Part shown: positions 1-9,489 of the stretch, in pieces
Position numbering within the stretch: position 1 is the stretch's first letter
Layout of the letters: each line of letters begins with the position of its first letter
NCBI GenBank assembly: GCA_045545875.1
Contig: JAZQBS010000036.1
Coordinates: forward strand, 784-64,783
Direction: 5' to 3'
From: Bacteroidales bacterium
GTDB lineage: Bacteria; Bacteroidota; Bacteroidia; Bacteroidales; UBA3663
Length of the DNA stretch: 64,000 bases
The notes under the pieces: generated by a model
What the model saw: the letters and a program-made list of their open reading frames with translations, nothing else
Databases searched by the model: none
Told to the model about the DNA's origin: nothing
Position numbers and translations under genes: made by a program

Positions 1-127
1 CTTCGATGTCGGCAAAACGGTCCACACTCCAAGGCTGCACCTCGGGTGTAACCTCTTCCTTCTGATTCACAGCACATCCGGTCAACAGACCGGCTATGAG
101 CATTGATGACATTACTAAGCCTTTCAT
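1..127 (-). CDS. Dipeptidyl-peptidase III (M49) family lipoprotein, 5' part only (runs off window)
   Basis: Manual translation MKGLVMSSMLIAGLLTGCAVNQKEEVTPEVQPWSVDRFADIE: lipobox LLTGC; 'VDRFADIE' resembles the Bacteroidetes DPP III N-terminus. Confidence 0.6.
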   Translation of the reverse strand, partial: MKGLVMSSMLIAGLLTGCAVNQKEEVTPEVQPWSVDRFADIE

Positions 128-338
128 TATGATGATATACTTTTTCGTTGATAGACACGAACACGGGTGCGAAGATACTAAATTTTTCAATAAAATGGTT
201 CCAAATACCACAAAAATTGTCCTTTTTGCTGAAAAAAAGCACAATTTTGCACTGAGTGTATACTATATATTAAAATATGAGGCGTTTTAGCGAAGAATAA
301 TATTTCTTGCAGATACCAATCTGCTATCTTTATTTGAT

Positions 339-425
339 GCATACAGTTTTGAAACACGAAATATATATGCCACGGTCGAAGCATACAGTTTTGAATTACC
401 AAATATGTATGCTCCTACCGCATAG
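339..425. repeat. 42-bp-period direct repeat with internal palindromes (about 2 copies)
   Basis: GCATACAGTTTTGAA at 339 and 381; each unit closes with (A/G)TATGC; a partial third start GCATAG at 420. Confidence 0.75.
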
Positions 426-458
426 GTCCATTTTACGTTAGTGAATTGGACTCACGCC

Positions 459-492
459 AAAAAACAAGCCTCTCCATCAATTGGAGAGGCTT
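459..492 (-). terminator. Rho-independent terminator of the L-galactose operon
   Basis: AAGCCTCTCCA-TCAAT-TGGAGAGGCTT stem with a T-tract on the minus strand. Confidence 0.8.
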
Positions 493-520
493 ATGATGAA
501 ACGTGGAATCGCTTATTCGA

Positions 521-1543
521 TTATTCATCGAACTTCACTAGGATGCGGAACACCTTGCCGGGAGCATCGGCCCAAGCTTCGAGAGCCTGCTGGGCCTCTT
601 CGGGCTGGATGATGCCGCTGATGAAGGGTTCCATCTGCATCTGTGTGTGGTGCATATAATTCAGGACAGCACGGAAGTCGTCGGGTGTTGCGTTGCGCGA
701 ACCGCGGATGTCGAGTTCCTTCTGGACAAAATACTTGGTCTGGAAAGATACGTCGCTCTTGGCATAGCCGATGCAGACAACACGCCCAGTGAACGACACA
801 GCATCGATAGCCGAAACGTAGGTAATCGGCGAACCGACAGCCTCAATCACCACGTCGGCACCCATACCATCGGTGTATTCCATCACCTTGGTAAGAATGT
901 CCTCCTTGGTCGAATTGATGCCATAGGCTGCTCCTGCCTTAATGGCGAGGTCAAGTTTCTCCTGGCTCAAATCCACCGCAATGACGGTAGCACCACGCTG
1001 AACACTGCGGATGATAGCACCAAGACCCACCATACCACAACCGAGTACAAGCACAGTGTCGATGTCCGACACCTTACCACGGCTTACGGCATGGAATCCT
1101 ACCGACATTGGCTCGATAAGAGCTGCATCACGTGGGGTGACACCCTTTACAGGGATAATCTTCTGCCAAGGAAGGGCAATATATTCGCGCATCGCACCAT
1201 CGCGCTGCACACCGAGGGTCTCATTGTTCTGACAGGCATTGTAACGTCCATTGCGACACGAAGCGCAATGTCCACAATTGGTATAGGGATTGACGGTGAC
1301 CACCTGACCCATATGAAGATCAGCCGGGCAACCCTCTCCAAGTGCCTCGATCACAGCACCAATCTCATGGCCGGGGATGACGTTGGGCTTGGCCATAGTA
1401 TTGCGGCCAAGAAACGTATTGAGGTCGCTGCCACAGAAACCGACATACTTAAGCCTAAGCATCACTTCGCCTGCTCCTGCTACCGGCTTGGGGAGGTCCA
1501 CAACCTCAATCTTCTGTAACGAAGGTATTCGTAAAGTTTTCAT
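521..1543 (-). CDS. Zn-dependent alcohol dehydrogenase, probable L-galactonate dehydrogenase
   Basis: CGSD, GHE, CGHCASC..C and GCGMVG motifs; operon context. Confidence 0.85.
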   Translation of the reverse strand: MKTLRIPSLQKIEVVDLPKPVAGAGEVMLRLKYVGFCGSDLNTFLGRNTMAKPNVIPGHEIGAVIEALGEGCPADLHMGQVVTVNPYTNCGHCASCRNGRYNACQNNETLGVQRDGAMREYIALPWQKIIPVKGVTPRDAALIEPMSVGFHAVSRGKVSDIDTVLVLGCGMVGLGAIIRSVQRGATVIAVDLSQEKLDLAIKAGAAYGINSTKEDILTKVMEYTDGMGADVVIEAVGSPITYVSAIDAVSFTGRVVCIGYAKSDVSFQTKYFVQKELDIRGSRNATPDDFRAVLNYMHHTQMQMEPFISGIIQPEEAQQALEAWADAPGKVFRILVKFDE

Positions 1544-1561
1544 TTTTATTAAAGGGAAAAA

Positions 1562-2512
1562 CTATTCTGACATATTCTTTATGTAAGGTAACTCGGGAAT
1601 CTTGTTGAAACCATAAAGCGCCTGTGCATTGAGGCCAAGGAATTTCTCCTTCTCCTCTTCGGTGAGCAGATGCTCTGGGTCTTTGAGCACAAAGTCGTAC
1701 GACATCTTATAGGTGATGGCGGTGATAGTGCGCGGATAGTCGGAACCCCACATCAACTTGTCAGCACCTACCAGATCCATAGCTTCACGGATGGCGCGCA
1801 CAGCTCCACGGAACGGATAGAACTCCGAATTGAAAAGCCATGTGATGCCGCCGCTCTCCACATAGACGTTCTTGTTGCGTGCCAACTTGATCTGCTCCTG
1901 CCAACCCAGACGGGTGACCATGCCAAAATGTCCGATGATGACCTTTAGTCGAGGACAAGTCTGGATGATCTCCTCCATCTGCTTTACATGATAATCGCCA
2001 TCGTAAAGGCAAATCGAGAGGAAGCCTTTGTTGTCCTGCAGATAGTGATAGACGTCCATCATCTCGGGACTATTAATCTCCAGTTCCCCAGGGGCAAAGA
2101 GACGATGTCCCGGCAATGCTATGCCACGGAACCCGTTCTCAAATAGTTGCTTGGTCTGCGTCAGCGGGTCCATAAGGCCACGAGCACGTCGCTGCACAGG
2201 GCGCAACTCGGGCATTGCATAGCAGAAGAACCGATTGGGATGACGCTGCATCACTTCGAGCAGGTAGTCGTTCTGCATACCATCGATAATCTCCTGTACC
2301 ACCACGGCTCCGCCCACCTGGGCATAGTCCATGTTGCTGAGGAAGATTTCGGCACTGTTCTGTCCGTCAATCATGAACGGAGGAAGCATCTGCACCTCCT
2401 CGCCAAAGAATGTGCTGCGCGATCCATTGGGCGAAAGAGTGCGTATGGGCTGGCCATCAACAATCGTGTTCTGGCGCATCCACAGGTGGCTATGTGCATC
2501 AATAATAATCAT
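1562..2512 (-). CDS. Amidohydrolase-2 family, probable L-galactono-1,5-lactonase
   Basis: IDAHSH, GHFG and WGSDYP motifs; lies between the AKR and the Zn-ADH. Confidence 0.85.
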   Translation of the reverse strand: MIIIDAHSHLWMRQNTIVDGQPIRTLSPNGSRSTFFGEEVQMLPPFMIDGQNSAEIFLSNMDYAQVGGAVVVQEIIDGMQNDYLLEVMQRHPNRFFCYAMPELRPVQRRARGLMDPLTQTKQLFENGFRGIALPGHRLFAPGELEINSPEMMDVYHYLQDNKGFLSICLYDGDYHVKQMEEIIQTCPRLKVIIGHFGMVTRLGWQEQIKLARNKNVYVESGGITWLFNSEFYPFRGAVRAIREAMDLVGADKLMWGSDYPRTITAITYKMSYDFVLKDPEHLLTEEEKEKFLGLNAQALYGFNKIPELPYIKNMSE

Positions 2513-2526
2513 GCCGACAAACCAAC

Positions 2527-2558
2527 AATTGTTAATTGTTAATTATTAATTGTTATTT
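2527..2558. repeat. Heptamer tandem repeat arm (AATTGTT/AATTATT)
   Basis: caattgttaattgttaattattaattgttattt in the intergenic gap. Confidence 0.85.
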
Positions 2559-2563
2559 GAGAA

Positions 2564-3511
2564 TCAACTGTTCTTCCAGCGCACACGCATCTGGTCACCG
2601 ATGATGTCCTGAACCTCCTTGACAAGCTGCCAGTCAATAGGCTCCAAGGCATACTGCCAGTTCTTCTCGACATTGGCGGGATTGGCCGACGAGAAGAGTG
2701 TCGTGGCAATACGAGGAGACGAGATGGCATACTGGATGGCCAATTTCTCGATCGGATAACCCTTGGCATTGCAATGGGCAACTGCCTTCTGACAAGCCTC
2801 GACAAGTGCCTTGGGTGCGGGATGCCAGTCGGGCACACCACGTGCGCTCAGCAATCCCATCGAAAGCGGCGACGCGTTGATGATGCCCACATTGTGCTGC
2901 TCGAAGAAGTCGAAATATTCGTTCAGCAACTCGTCGTTTAGCGAATAATGACAGAAGCAGAGCGTAGCCTCAACCGTTCCTGCAGGAACGTGCTCGATGA
3001 CCCAACGGATGTTCTCAGGTTGCAGGTCGGTGATGCCTACATGGCTAACGACGCCTTCCTCGCGCAGTTCGCAAAGCGCGGGCAACGTCTCGTCGCAAAC
3101 CTTCTGCAGTCCACCCGGAAGATCGGCCTGGAACTCGATGTCGTGCACATTGATGAGGTCGATATGATCGATATTGAGACGCTCCATCGACTCATATACG
3201 CTCTCCTTTGCACGTTTAGCGGAATAGTCCCATGTGTTGACTCCATCCTTGCCGTAGCGTCCCACCTTGGTCGAAAGGTAATACTTGCCACGAGGAATGT
3301 CCTTGAGGGCCTTTCCTAGCACTGTCTCTGCCTTATAGTGGCCATAATATGGACTCACGTCGATGAAGTTCATGCCCAATTCAACAGCAGTAAACACTGC
3401 TTCAAGGGCATCAGCTTCCTTGACGCTATGGAACACACCACCAAGCGACGAAGCTCCAAAACTGAGTTGCGAGACCTTCATGCCGGTCTTGCCGATTTCG
3501 TTGTAGTTCAT
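2564..3511 (-). CDS. Aldo/keto reductase, probable L-galactose dehydrogenase
   Basis: GKTGMKVSQLSFGASSLG, IDVSPYYG, STKVGRYG and HDIEF motifs. Confidence 0.88.
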   Translation of the reverse strand: MNYNEIGKTGMKVSQLSFGASSLGGVFHSVKEADALEAVFTAVELGMNFIDVSPYYGHYKAETVLGKALKDIPRGKYYLSTKVGRYGKDGVNTWDYSAKRAKESVYESMERLNIDHIDLINVHDIEFQADLPGGLQKVCDETLPALCELREEGVVSHVGITDLQPENIRWVIEHVPAGTVEATLCFCHYSLNDELLNEYFDFFEQHNVGIINASPLSMGLLSARGVPDWHPAPKALVEACQKAVAHCNAKGYPIEKLAIQYAISSPRIATTLFSSANPANVEKNWQYALEPIDWQLVKEVQDIIGDQMRVRWKNS

Positions 3512-3566
3512 ACGTTAATTTTTTCAATTAACAAATAAGGGATTTATTGACAATCACTTAAAGGCA

Positions 3567-4415
3567 CTATCTTTTGTGCACAATGGGACTATAACCCTCT
3601 ACAGCAGGCGACTTCATACCGCGCCAGACGAGCCAGATGCCCAGCAGAACGAATGGGATGGAAAGGAGTTGTCCCATGTCGAGAAGCATATTCTCTTCGA
3701 AAGCCTCCTGCACGTTCTTCAGATACTCGATGAAGAAACGCGAGCCAAAGATGCCGATCATAAACGTGCCGAAGATGACGCCGCGATGCTTGCCTGCATC
3801 GGTGAACTTATACTGATACCAGCAGATAAAGAAGACAGCAAGATAGGCCAAGGCCTCGTATATCTGCGTAGGATGCGAGGGGTTGCAGAAGATGGGCTCT
3901 GCTCCGCGCTCCCACTGTGGAATATTCTGGATGAATCGGAAGCCCCAAGGCAGGGCTGTCTCGTGTCCGTAGATCTCGTGGTTGAAGAGATTGCCCATAC
4001 GAATCAGGCAAGCCACCGGAGCCACAGCTATCGAGAGTCGATCGAGCAACCACAGTTTCGACAGTCGGTCTTTGTTGGCATAATAGAGTACACACAGGAT
4101 CACACCGATGGTGCCACCATGCGAGGCGAGTCCGCCTTTCCATGTCTTGAAGATTTCAAGCGGATGAGCAAGATAATAATCGGGATCGTAGAAGAAGCAA
4201 TGCCCAAGGCGCGCTCCAACAATCGTGCCAATAAAGGTAGCAAGGAAAAGGTAATAGACACGCTCGGGATCGAGCCCTTCACGTCGATAGATCCACTCCA
4301 TGATCTTGATGCCGATAAAAAAGCCCACAATGAACATCAGGGCATACCAGCGCAAGGCAAACCAGCCAACCTGAAAGATGACCGGATGAGCAGTCCAAGT
4401 AATTTCTAATAACAT
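3567..4415 (-). CDS. lgt: Prolipoprotein diacylglyceryl transferase
   Basis: GARLGH, GGLASHGG, RMGNLFNHEIYG, HPTQIYE. Confidence 0.95.
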   Translation of the reverse strand: MLLEITWTAHPVIFQVGWFALRWYALMFIVGFFIGIKIMEWIYRREGLDPERVYYLFLATFIGTIVGARLGHCFFYDPDYYLAHPLEIFKTWKGGLASHGGTIGVILCVLYYANKDRLSKLWLLDRLSIAVAPVACLIRMGNLFNHEIYGHETALPWGFRFIQNIPQWERGAEPIFCNPSHPTQIYEALAYLAVFFICWYQYKFTDAGKHRGVIFGTFMIGIFGSRFFIEYLKNVQEAFEENMLLDMGQLLSIPFVLLGIWLVWRGMKSPAVEGYSPIVHKR

Positions 4416-4562
4416 TTCTTTTTTTTATTTTTCGTAAATTTTGGGGCAAAGATACACAATTTTTCAGTAATTGCAAAACTTTTGAACAAAATATTTGGCA
4501 GAACAAAAAAAAACCACTAACTTTGCCACACTTAAACATAATTTTAAGGTTTCATCTAAACC

Positions 4563-5177
4563 ATGCTCGAAAAAAAAGTAATCATCAGCCTGGGTCGCCA
4601 GTTCGGAAGCGGTGGCCAGCAGACAGGCAAACGACTGGCCGAAATCCTTGGCATAGACTATTACGACCGTGAACTCATCGACGAAATTGCACGCACCAGC
4701 GGCCTCGATCCCGAATATGTGGCCAAGCATGACGAGAAGGCTCCCGGCTTCTTCGACTATGCCTTGGCAGGGCGCATCGGTTCGCCTCACCTCTTCGGCT
4801 CTTCACAAAGTTTTGTAATGCTCAGCAACACCTTGAAGCAGTTGGCTGCCGAGAAGTCTTGCCTCATCGTAGGTCGTACTGCCGACTACATCCTTCGCGA
4901 AGAGCCTAACCTCATCAAACTCTTCATCCATGCGCCCTACAAATATCGTATCCGTTTCCTCTGCAAGGAGCGTGGCATCACCGCCGACGAAGCCGACGAC
5001 CTGATTGTCAAGAACGACCGCGAGCGTTCGCGATTCTACGACTTCTTCACTGACAAGACATGGGGACAGGCCGACTCATACGACCTTTGTGTCGATGTGA
5101 CCAAATTGGGCGGAGAAGAGAATACTGCCCAGTTCCTGGCCGACTACGTACGTAGGCGCATGGAGCGCTTCGAATAA
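4563..5177 (+). CDS. Cytidylate kinase-like family protein
   Basis: IISLGRQFGSGG P-loop variant, GRTADYIL, YDLCVD. Confidence 0.85.
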   Translation: MLEKKVIISLGRQFGSGGQQTGKRLAEILGIDYYDRELIDEIARTSGLDPEYVAKHDEKAPGFFDYALAGRIGSPHLFGSSQSFVMLSNTLKQLAAEKSCLIVGRTADYILREEPNLIKLFIHAPYKYRIRFLCKERGITADEADDLIVKNDRERSRFYDFFTDKTWGQADSYDLCVDVTKLGGEENTAQFLADYVRRRMERFE

Positions 5178-5182
5178 TCGCG

Positions 5183-6514
5183 ATGGCACTCCGGGCTTCA
5201 AAGGGGCAGCAGGGTGACGAGAAAGACCCGTTGTCGCTTCACGAACTCACCCGTCGCATTGCTGCTGTGGTGAACGAAAGCTTCGCCGATCCTCTTTGGG
5301 TCGTTGCGGAGCTTTCCGATGTGCGTGTTGCTGCCAATGGACATTGTTACATGACCCTCGTCGAGAAGGAGCCCCGACGTGGCACGACACTGGCTTCTGT
5401 GCGTGGAATGATATGGTCCAACCGTTGGTGGCTCTTGCGCGATAGTTTCGTCCAGCAGACGGGGCAACAATTTGCCACGGGTCTCAAGGTCATGATCCTT
5501 GTGCAGGTCACTATGCACGAGCAATATGGCCTCAGCCTAAACATCCTCGACATCGACCCCACCTACACCCTAGGCGAGATGGCACGACGCCGTATGGAAA
5601 TACTCCGTCAACTCAAGGAGGATGGCATCATCGACATGAACCGAGAACTCCCGTTCCCCGTTCTTCCTCAAAGAATTGCCATCATCAGTGCCGAAGGAGC
5701 AGCAGGCTATGGCGACTTTATGAAGCAGCTCGCCAATAATGCCTACGGTCTGAAGTTCTACGCCCACCTCTTCCCCGCCACGATGCAGGGTCAGCAGACC
5801 GAGCCATCGGTCATAGCTGCACTCGACCGAATCAACGAGGTCGAGGACCTGTTCGATGTAGTTGTCATCATCCGTGGAGGCGGTGCTACCGTCGAACTGG
5901 CATCGTTCGACAGTTATCTCCTTGCCTCCTACGTCGCACAATTTCCCCTTCCTGTCATTGTAGGCATCGGCCATGACCGTGACGAGACGGTGCTCGATCA
6001 TGTGGCCCACACTTCGGTCAAGACGCCCACTGCTGCCGCTGCCTTCCTCATCGACACCTTATACATGCAGATGCAAAAAGTCCTCGACCTCCAGGAAGAG
6101 CTCAAGGACAACCTGCAGCAAAGGATGGACCTCGAACGTCAACGCTTGCAACGTTTGGGCAATGCTGTCCGAAACACCCATGTGATGCTTACGCAACAGA
6201 TCAGCCGATTGGACATAATCGGTCAAAGGATTCAAAGTGCAAGTCGACAACTGCTCAGCAACGGGAACAACACACTCGACACGTTCCGACAGGCCATCAA
6301 AATACTTTCGCGTCAACGTATACAGCGTGAAAAAGACAAGCTGGAGTTCATCGATCGCACCATACAACTGGCACAACCCGACAACATCCTCAAGCGCGGC
6401 TTTTCCATCACCCGCCTCAACGGCCATGCCGTCAAGTCTGCAGCCGCCGTGCCCCCCGGCTCCACCCTGACAATCCAAACCTCCGACGGCAATCTCACCG
6501 CCCAAACAAAATAG
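5183..6514 (+). CDS. xseA: Exodeoxyribonuclease VII large subunit
   Basis: N-terminal OB fold (GHCYMTL), IIRGGG, GIGHDRD, TPTAAA, LKRGFSI. Confidence 0.93.
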   Translation: MALRASKGQQGDEKDPLSLHELTRRIAAVVNESFADPLWVVAELSDVRVAANGHCYMTLVEKEPRRGTTLASVRGMIWSNRWWLLRDSFVQQTGQQFATGLKVMILVQVTMHEQYGLSLNILDIDPTYTLGEMARRRMEILRQLKEDGIIDMNRELPFPVLPQRIAIISAEGAAGYGDFMKQLANNAYGLKFYAHLFPATMQGQQTEPSVIAALDRINEVEDLFDVVVIIRGGGATVELASFDSYLLASYVAQFPLPVIVGIGHDRDETVLDHVAHTSVKTPTAAAAFLIDTLYMQMQKVLDLQEELKDNLQQRMDLERQRLQRLGNAVRNTHVMLTQQISRLDIIGQRIQSASRQLLSNGNNTLDTFRQAIKILSRQRIQREKDKLEFIDRTIQLAQPDNILKRGFSITRLNGHAVKSAAAVPPGSTLTIQTSDGNLTAQTK

Positions 6515-6539
6515 GCAGCCGTTTTTGGCTGCCTATTTT
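6508..6539. terminator. Bidirectional terminator (REP-like GCAGCC hairpin) between convergent xseA and the helicase
   Basis: AAAATAGGCAGCC-GTTTTT-GGCTGCCTATTTT. Confidence 0.75.
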
Positions 6540-6579
6540 GTCCCGTATTTCTCGCCGCAGCCAAGTTTGGCTGCTCTGA

Positions 6580-8481
6580 TCACCTTTTTCCTCTCTTACG
6601 TCCCTTCTCTCCACGGAATTTCTCAAAAGGCAGGTGCTCAGCCTCATCCAAACGCTGGGCACGTTTCTTTTTCGATGGTTTTTCCTCGTCGTGATGTTCC
6701 TCATTCGCTGGCATAACCACCACCTTGCGTCCGTGCCAGTCGGCACCATTCATATCCTTGATGACGAAACGAGCATCCTGTTCCGGCACCTCGAAGTATG
6801 AGAAGTTGGTCAGTAGGTCGATACGTCCCATCTCGATGCGATGGTGCACGTTGGCATTCATCAGTCCGATGAGTTGCTTTGGGAAGATACCGTCGCGCTT
6901 GCCTAGGTTGATGAACAGTCTTGCATAGCCTGGCTCGGCCTGTGTATTCGCTCCATTATAGACACGTGCATATGAAGCATTACGTGCGCCTTCACCGGTG
7001 TGGGCAGTGGCCTTCTTCTCGCGCTTGGGTTTCTCTTCGGGAATATCGAGATTCTCCGAACCCTTGTAGAACTCGAGCATTCGGTTGAACTCAAGCGAGA
7101 CGATGCGCTTCACCAGATCCTCGGCCGAGAGCCATCCCAGTTTCTTGAGCACTGGATCGAGATATTTCTCAACCTCCTCTTCGTTCACGACCACCTTCTC
7201 CAGTCGGTCGGCAAGTCCGAAGAGCTGCTTCTCGATGATGCGCTCAGTGGTAGGCATCAATCCCTTCTCGAAGGTCTTGCCTATCATGCGCTCGATATCA
7301 TTCAGGCGACGACGTTCCTTGATATGAACGATACAGATCGATGTTCCCTTCTTGCCGGCACGGCCTGTACGACCCGAACGATGGGTATAGACCTCGATGT
7401 CGTCAGGCAAACCATAGTTGATGACGTGTGTCAAGTCATCGACATCCAGTCCACGTGCTGCCACGTCGGTGGCGACAAGCAGTTGCAGATGGCGGGTGCG
7501 GAACTTGCGCATCACCAGGTCGCGCTGCTCCTGCGAAAGGTCGCCATGCAGTGCGTCGCAGTTGTAGCCTTCGTCCATCAGGTTCTTGGCTATCTCCTGT
7601 GTCTCCAGTTTGGTGCGGCAGAAGATGATGCCATAGATGCTCGGATAGAAATCCACAATACGTTTCAGGGCAGCATACTTGTCCTTGGCATGCACGAGAT
7701 AATACACGTGGTTCACGTTGGCTGCACCCTCATTCTTGTGGCCGATGGTGACCTCGACGGGATTGTGCATATAGTTCTTTGCAATCTCTGCAATTGCCTT
7801 CGGCATAGTGGCACTGAAGAGCATCGTGCGATGCTTCTCGGGCAGGTTCGAAAGGATGGTCTCGATATCCTCCTGGAAACCCATTGACAGCATCTCGTCG
7901 GCCTCGTCAAGCACCAGCGTCTTCACTTCATTCAAGCGTACTGCTCCACGGTTCACAAGGTCAATAAGGCGGCCTGGTGTAGCCACTACCACATGCACGC
8001 CACGCTTCAAGGCTCCAATCTGGCTGCCTATCGATGAACCACCGTACACGGGAAGGATGGCAATGCCACGCAAGTATTTCGAATAGTCCTGCAAGTCAGA
8101 TGCAATCTGCAGGCATAGTTCACGAGTTGGGGCCAACACCAGCGCCTGTGGCTGCGGAGCATCCTCCGGGTCCATCCATTTGCCTGTTTTGAAATCCTTC
8201 TTGATCTGATAATCGCTGTAAATGGGAACAATATCGACGCTCTGCAGCAGAGGAAGGCCGAAGGCAGCGGTCTTGCCCGTACCCGTCTGGGCAAGGCCTA
8301 CCACGTCGCGTCCTTCTTCGCTCAAGATGACGGGAATGATCTGCTCCTGAATGGGCATAGGATGTTCGTAGCCAAGTTCCTCGATGGCACGAAGCAAGGG
8401 ATACTGGATGCCGAGTTCTTCGAACGACGAGAAACGGCTCGTAACTTCACTGGTTGATGTAGTATTCTGTATTTCTTCCAT
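6580..8481 (-). CDS. deaD: DEAD-box RNA helicase with DbpA-type C-terminal RNA-binding domain (DeaD/CsdA-like)
   Basis: AQTGTGKT, PTRELC, DEAD, SAT, HRSGRTGRAG, C-terminal LFINLGKRDG. Confidence 0.9.
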   Translation of the reverse strand: MEEIQNTTSTSEVTSRFSSFEELGIQYPLLRAIEELGYEHPMPIQEQIIPVILSEEGRDVVGLAQTGTGKTAAFGLPLLQSVDIVPIYSDYQIKKDFKTGKWMDPEDAPQPQALVLAPTRELCLQIASDLQDYSKYLRGIAILPVYGGSSIGSQIGALKRGVHVVVATPGRLIDLVNRGAVRLNEVKTLVLDEADEMLSMGFQEDIETILSNLPEKHRTMLFSATMPKAIAEIAKNYMHNPVEVTIGHKNEGAANVNHVYYLVHAKDKYAALKRIVDFYPSIYGIIFCRTKLETQEIAKNLMDEGYNCDALHGDLSQEQRDLVMRKFRTRHLQLLVATDVAARGLDVDDLTHVINYGLPDDIEVYTHRSGRTGRAGKKGTSICIVHIKERRRLNDIERMIGKTFEKGLMPTTERIIEKQLFGLADRLEKVVVNEEEVEKYLDPVLKKLGWLSAEDLVKRIVSLEFNRMLEFYKGSENLDIPEEKPKREKKATAHTGEGARNASYARVYNGANTQAEPGYARLFINLGKRDGIFPKQLIGLMNANVHHRIEMGRIDLLTNFSYFEVPEQDARFVIKDMNGADWHGRKVVVMPANEEHHDEEKPSKKKRAQRLDEAEHLPFEKFRGEKGRKRGKR

Positions 8482-8488
8482 AATTTTT

Positions 8489-8523
8489 CAAAAAAAGAGT
8501 CTGGACTATAGCTGTCCAGACTC
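8489..8523 (-). terminator. Rho-independent terminator after the 5S rRNA
   Basis: GAGTCTGGAC-loop-GTCCAGACTC followed by a T-tract on the minus strand. Confidence 0.8.
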
Positions 8524-8526
8524 CTG

Positions 8527-8637
8527 TAAGGTGGCGGCTTCCTACTCTCCCGCTTTCGCAGTACCATCGGCGTTACAAGGTTTAACTTCTCTGTTCGGAA
8601 TGGTAAGAGGTGGAGCCCTTGTGCTATAACCGCCTTA
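8527..8637 (-). rRNA. rrf: 5S rRNA (orphan copy)
   Basis: Minus strand contains CCATTCCGAACAGAGAAGTTAA, CGCCGATGGTACTGC and GGGAGAGTAGG..GCCGCC, all 5S hallmarks; no adjacent 23S. Confidence 0.95.
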
Positions 8638-8681
8638 TCTTTGACGTCACTCACGTGACAACTTTCTCTGTTTTAGCGGCG

Positions 8682-8689
8682 CAAAGATA
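8682..8689 (-). promoter_or_regulatory. Bacteroidetes sigma-A -7 box for the orphan 5S rRNA
   Basis: TATCTTTG on the minus strand (TAnnTTTG consensus) about 45 nt upstream of the 5S. Confidence 0.7.
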
Positions 8690-8794
8690 GTGCAAATTCT
8701 CCAATTGACCAAACAACGAACGGACATTTTTCAAAAACAGGACGATTTCCTATCTCTGTCACCATCGTTTGGCATTCTCACATAACATCTAAGA

Positions 8795-9340
8795 TTAATC
8801 CAAACTCAAATCTGGTGCCGCAGCAGCCTGTTCCTTGAGGTATTCGGCAGCCCAGTACTGATAGTGTAGCGGCATAGGGGTAATAATACGGTCGATCGCT
8901 TCCTGGTCGAGTTTCTTGATAAGTTTGGCAGGTACACCACCCCACAGTTCGCCCGGGCCAATATGGGTACCCGAAAGCACAAGCGCACCTGCTGCCACCA
9001 CCGATCCCGAGTCGACATTCACATTGTCGAGCACCGTCGCCCCCATTCCGATGAGCACATTGTCTGCAATCTTGCATCCATGCAGGCACACATTGTGGCC
9101 CACGGTCACATCGTTGCCAATCTCGATATAGGCTTCGCCTTCTGCACAATGAAGGCATGAGCAGTCCTGTATCGACACACGGTCGCCTATACGGATCCGG
9201 TTGACGTCACCGCGTATCACAGCGCTGTACCACACGCTGCTCTCGCGACCGATCACCACGTCACCAATCACGGCAGCTGTCTCTGCCACAAAGGTGCCCT
9301 CTCCAATCCTGGGCCAATAGCCATGAAGTTGCTGTATCAT
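8795..9340 (-). CDS. Gamma-carbonic anhydrase family (YrdA/CaiE-like) hexapeptide repeat protein
   Basis: IRGDVNRIRIG, QD..LH, VGHNVCLHGC, WGGVPAK; start chosen at MIQQLHG. Confidence 0.88.
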   Translation of the reverse strand: MIQQLHGYWPRIGEGTFVAETAAVIGDVVIGRESSVWYSAVIRGDVNRIRIGDRVSIQDCSCLHCAEGEAYIEIGNDVTVGHNVCLHGCKIADNVLIGMGATVLDNVNVDSGSVVAAGALVLSGTHIGPGELWGGVPAKLIKKLDQEAIDRIITPMPLHYQYWAAEYLKEQAAAAPDLSLD

Positions 9341-9489
9341 GTTTCTTGTTTTTGGCTGCAAAATTAACAAAAAAATCCCAACCTACCAAAAAAAGTTATA
9401 CACAAATATAAATTATTACCCAATAATTTGGCCATATGGAAAGAATTGGCTATCTTTGCCGCCAAGTTATGGTTCACATCCTCATAGCC

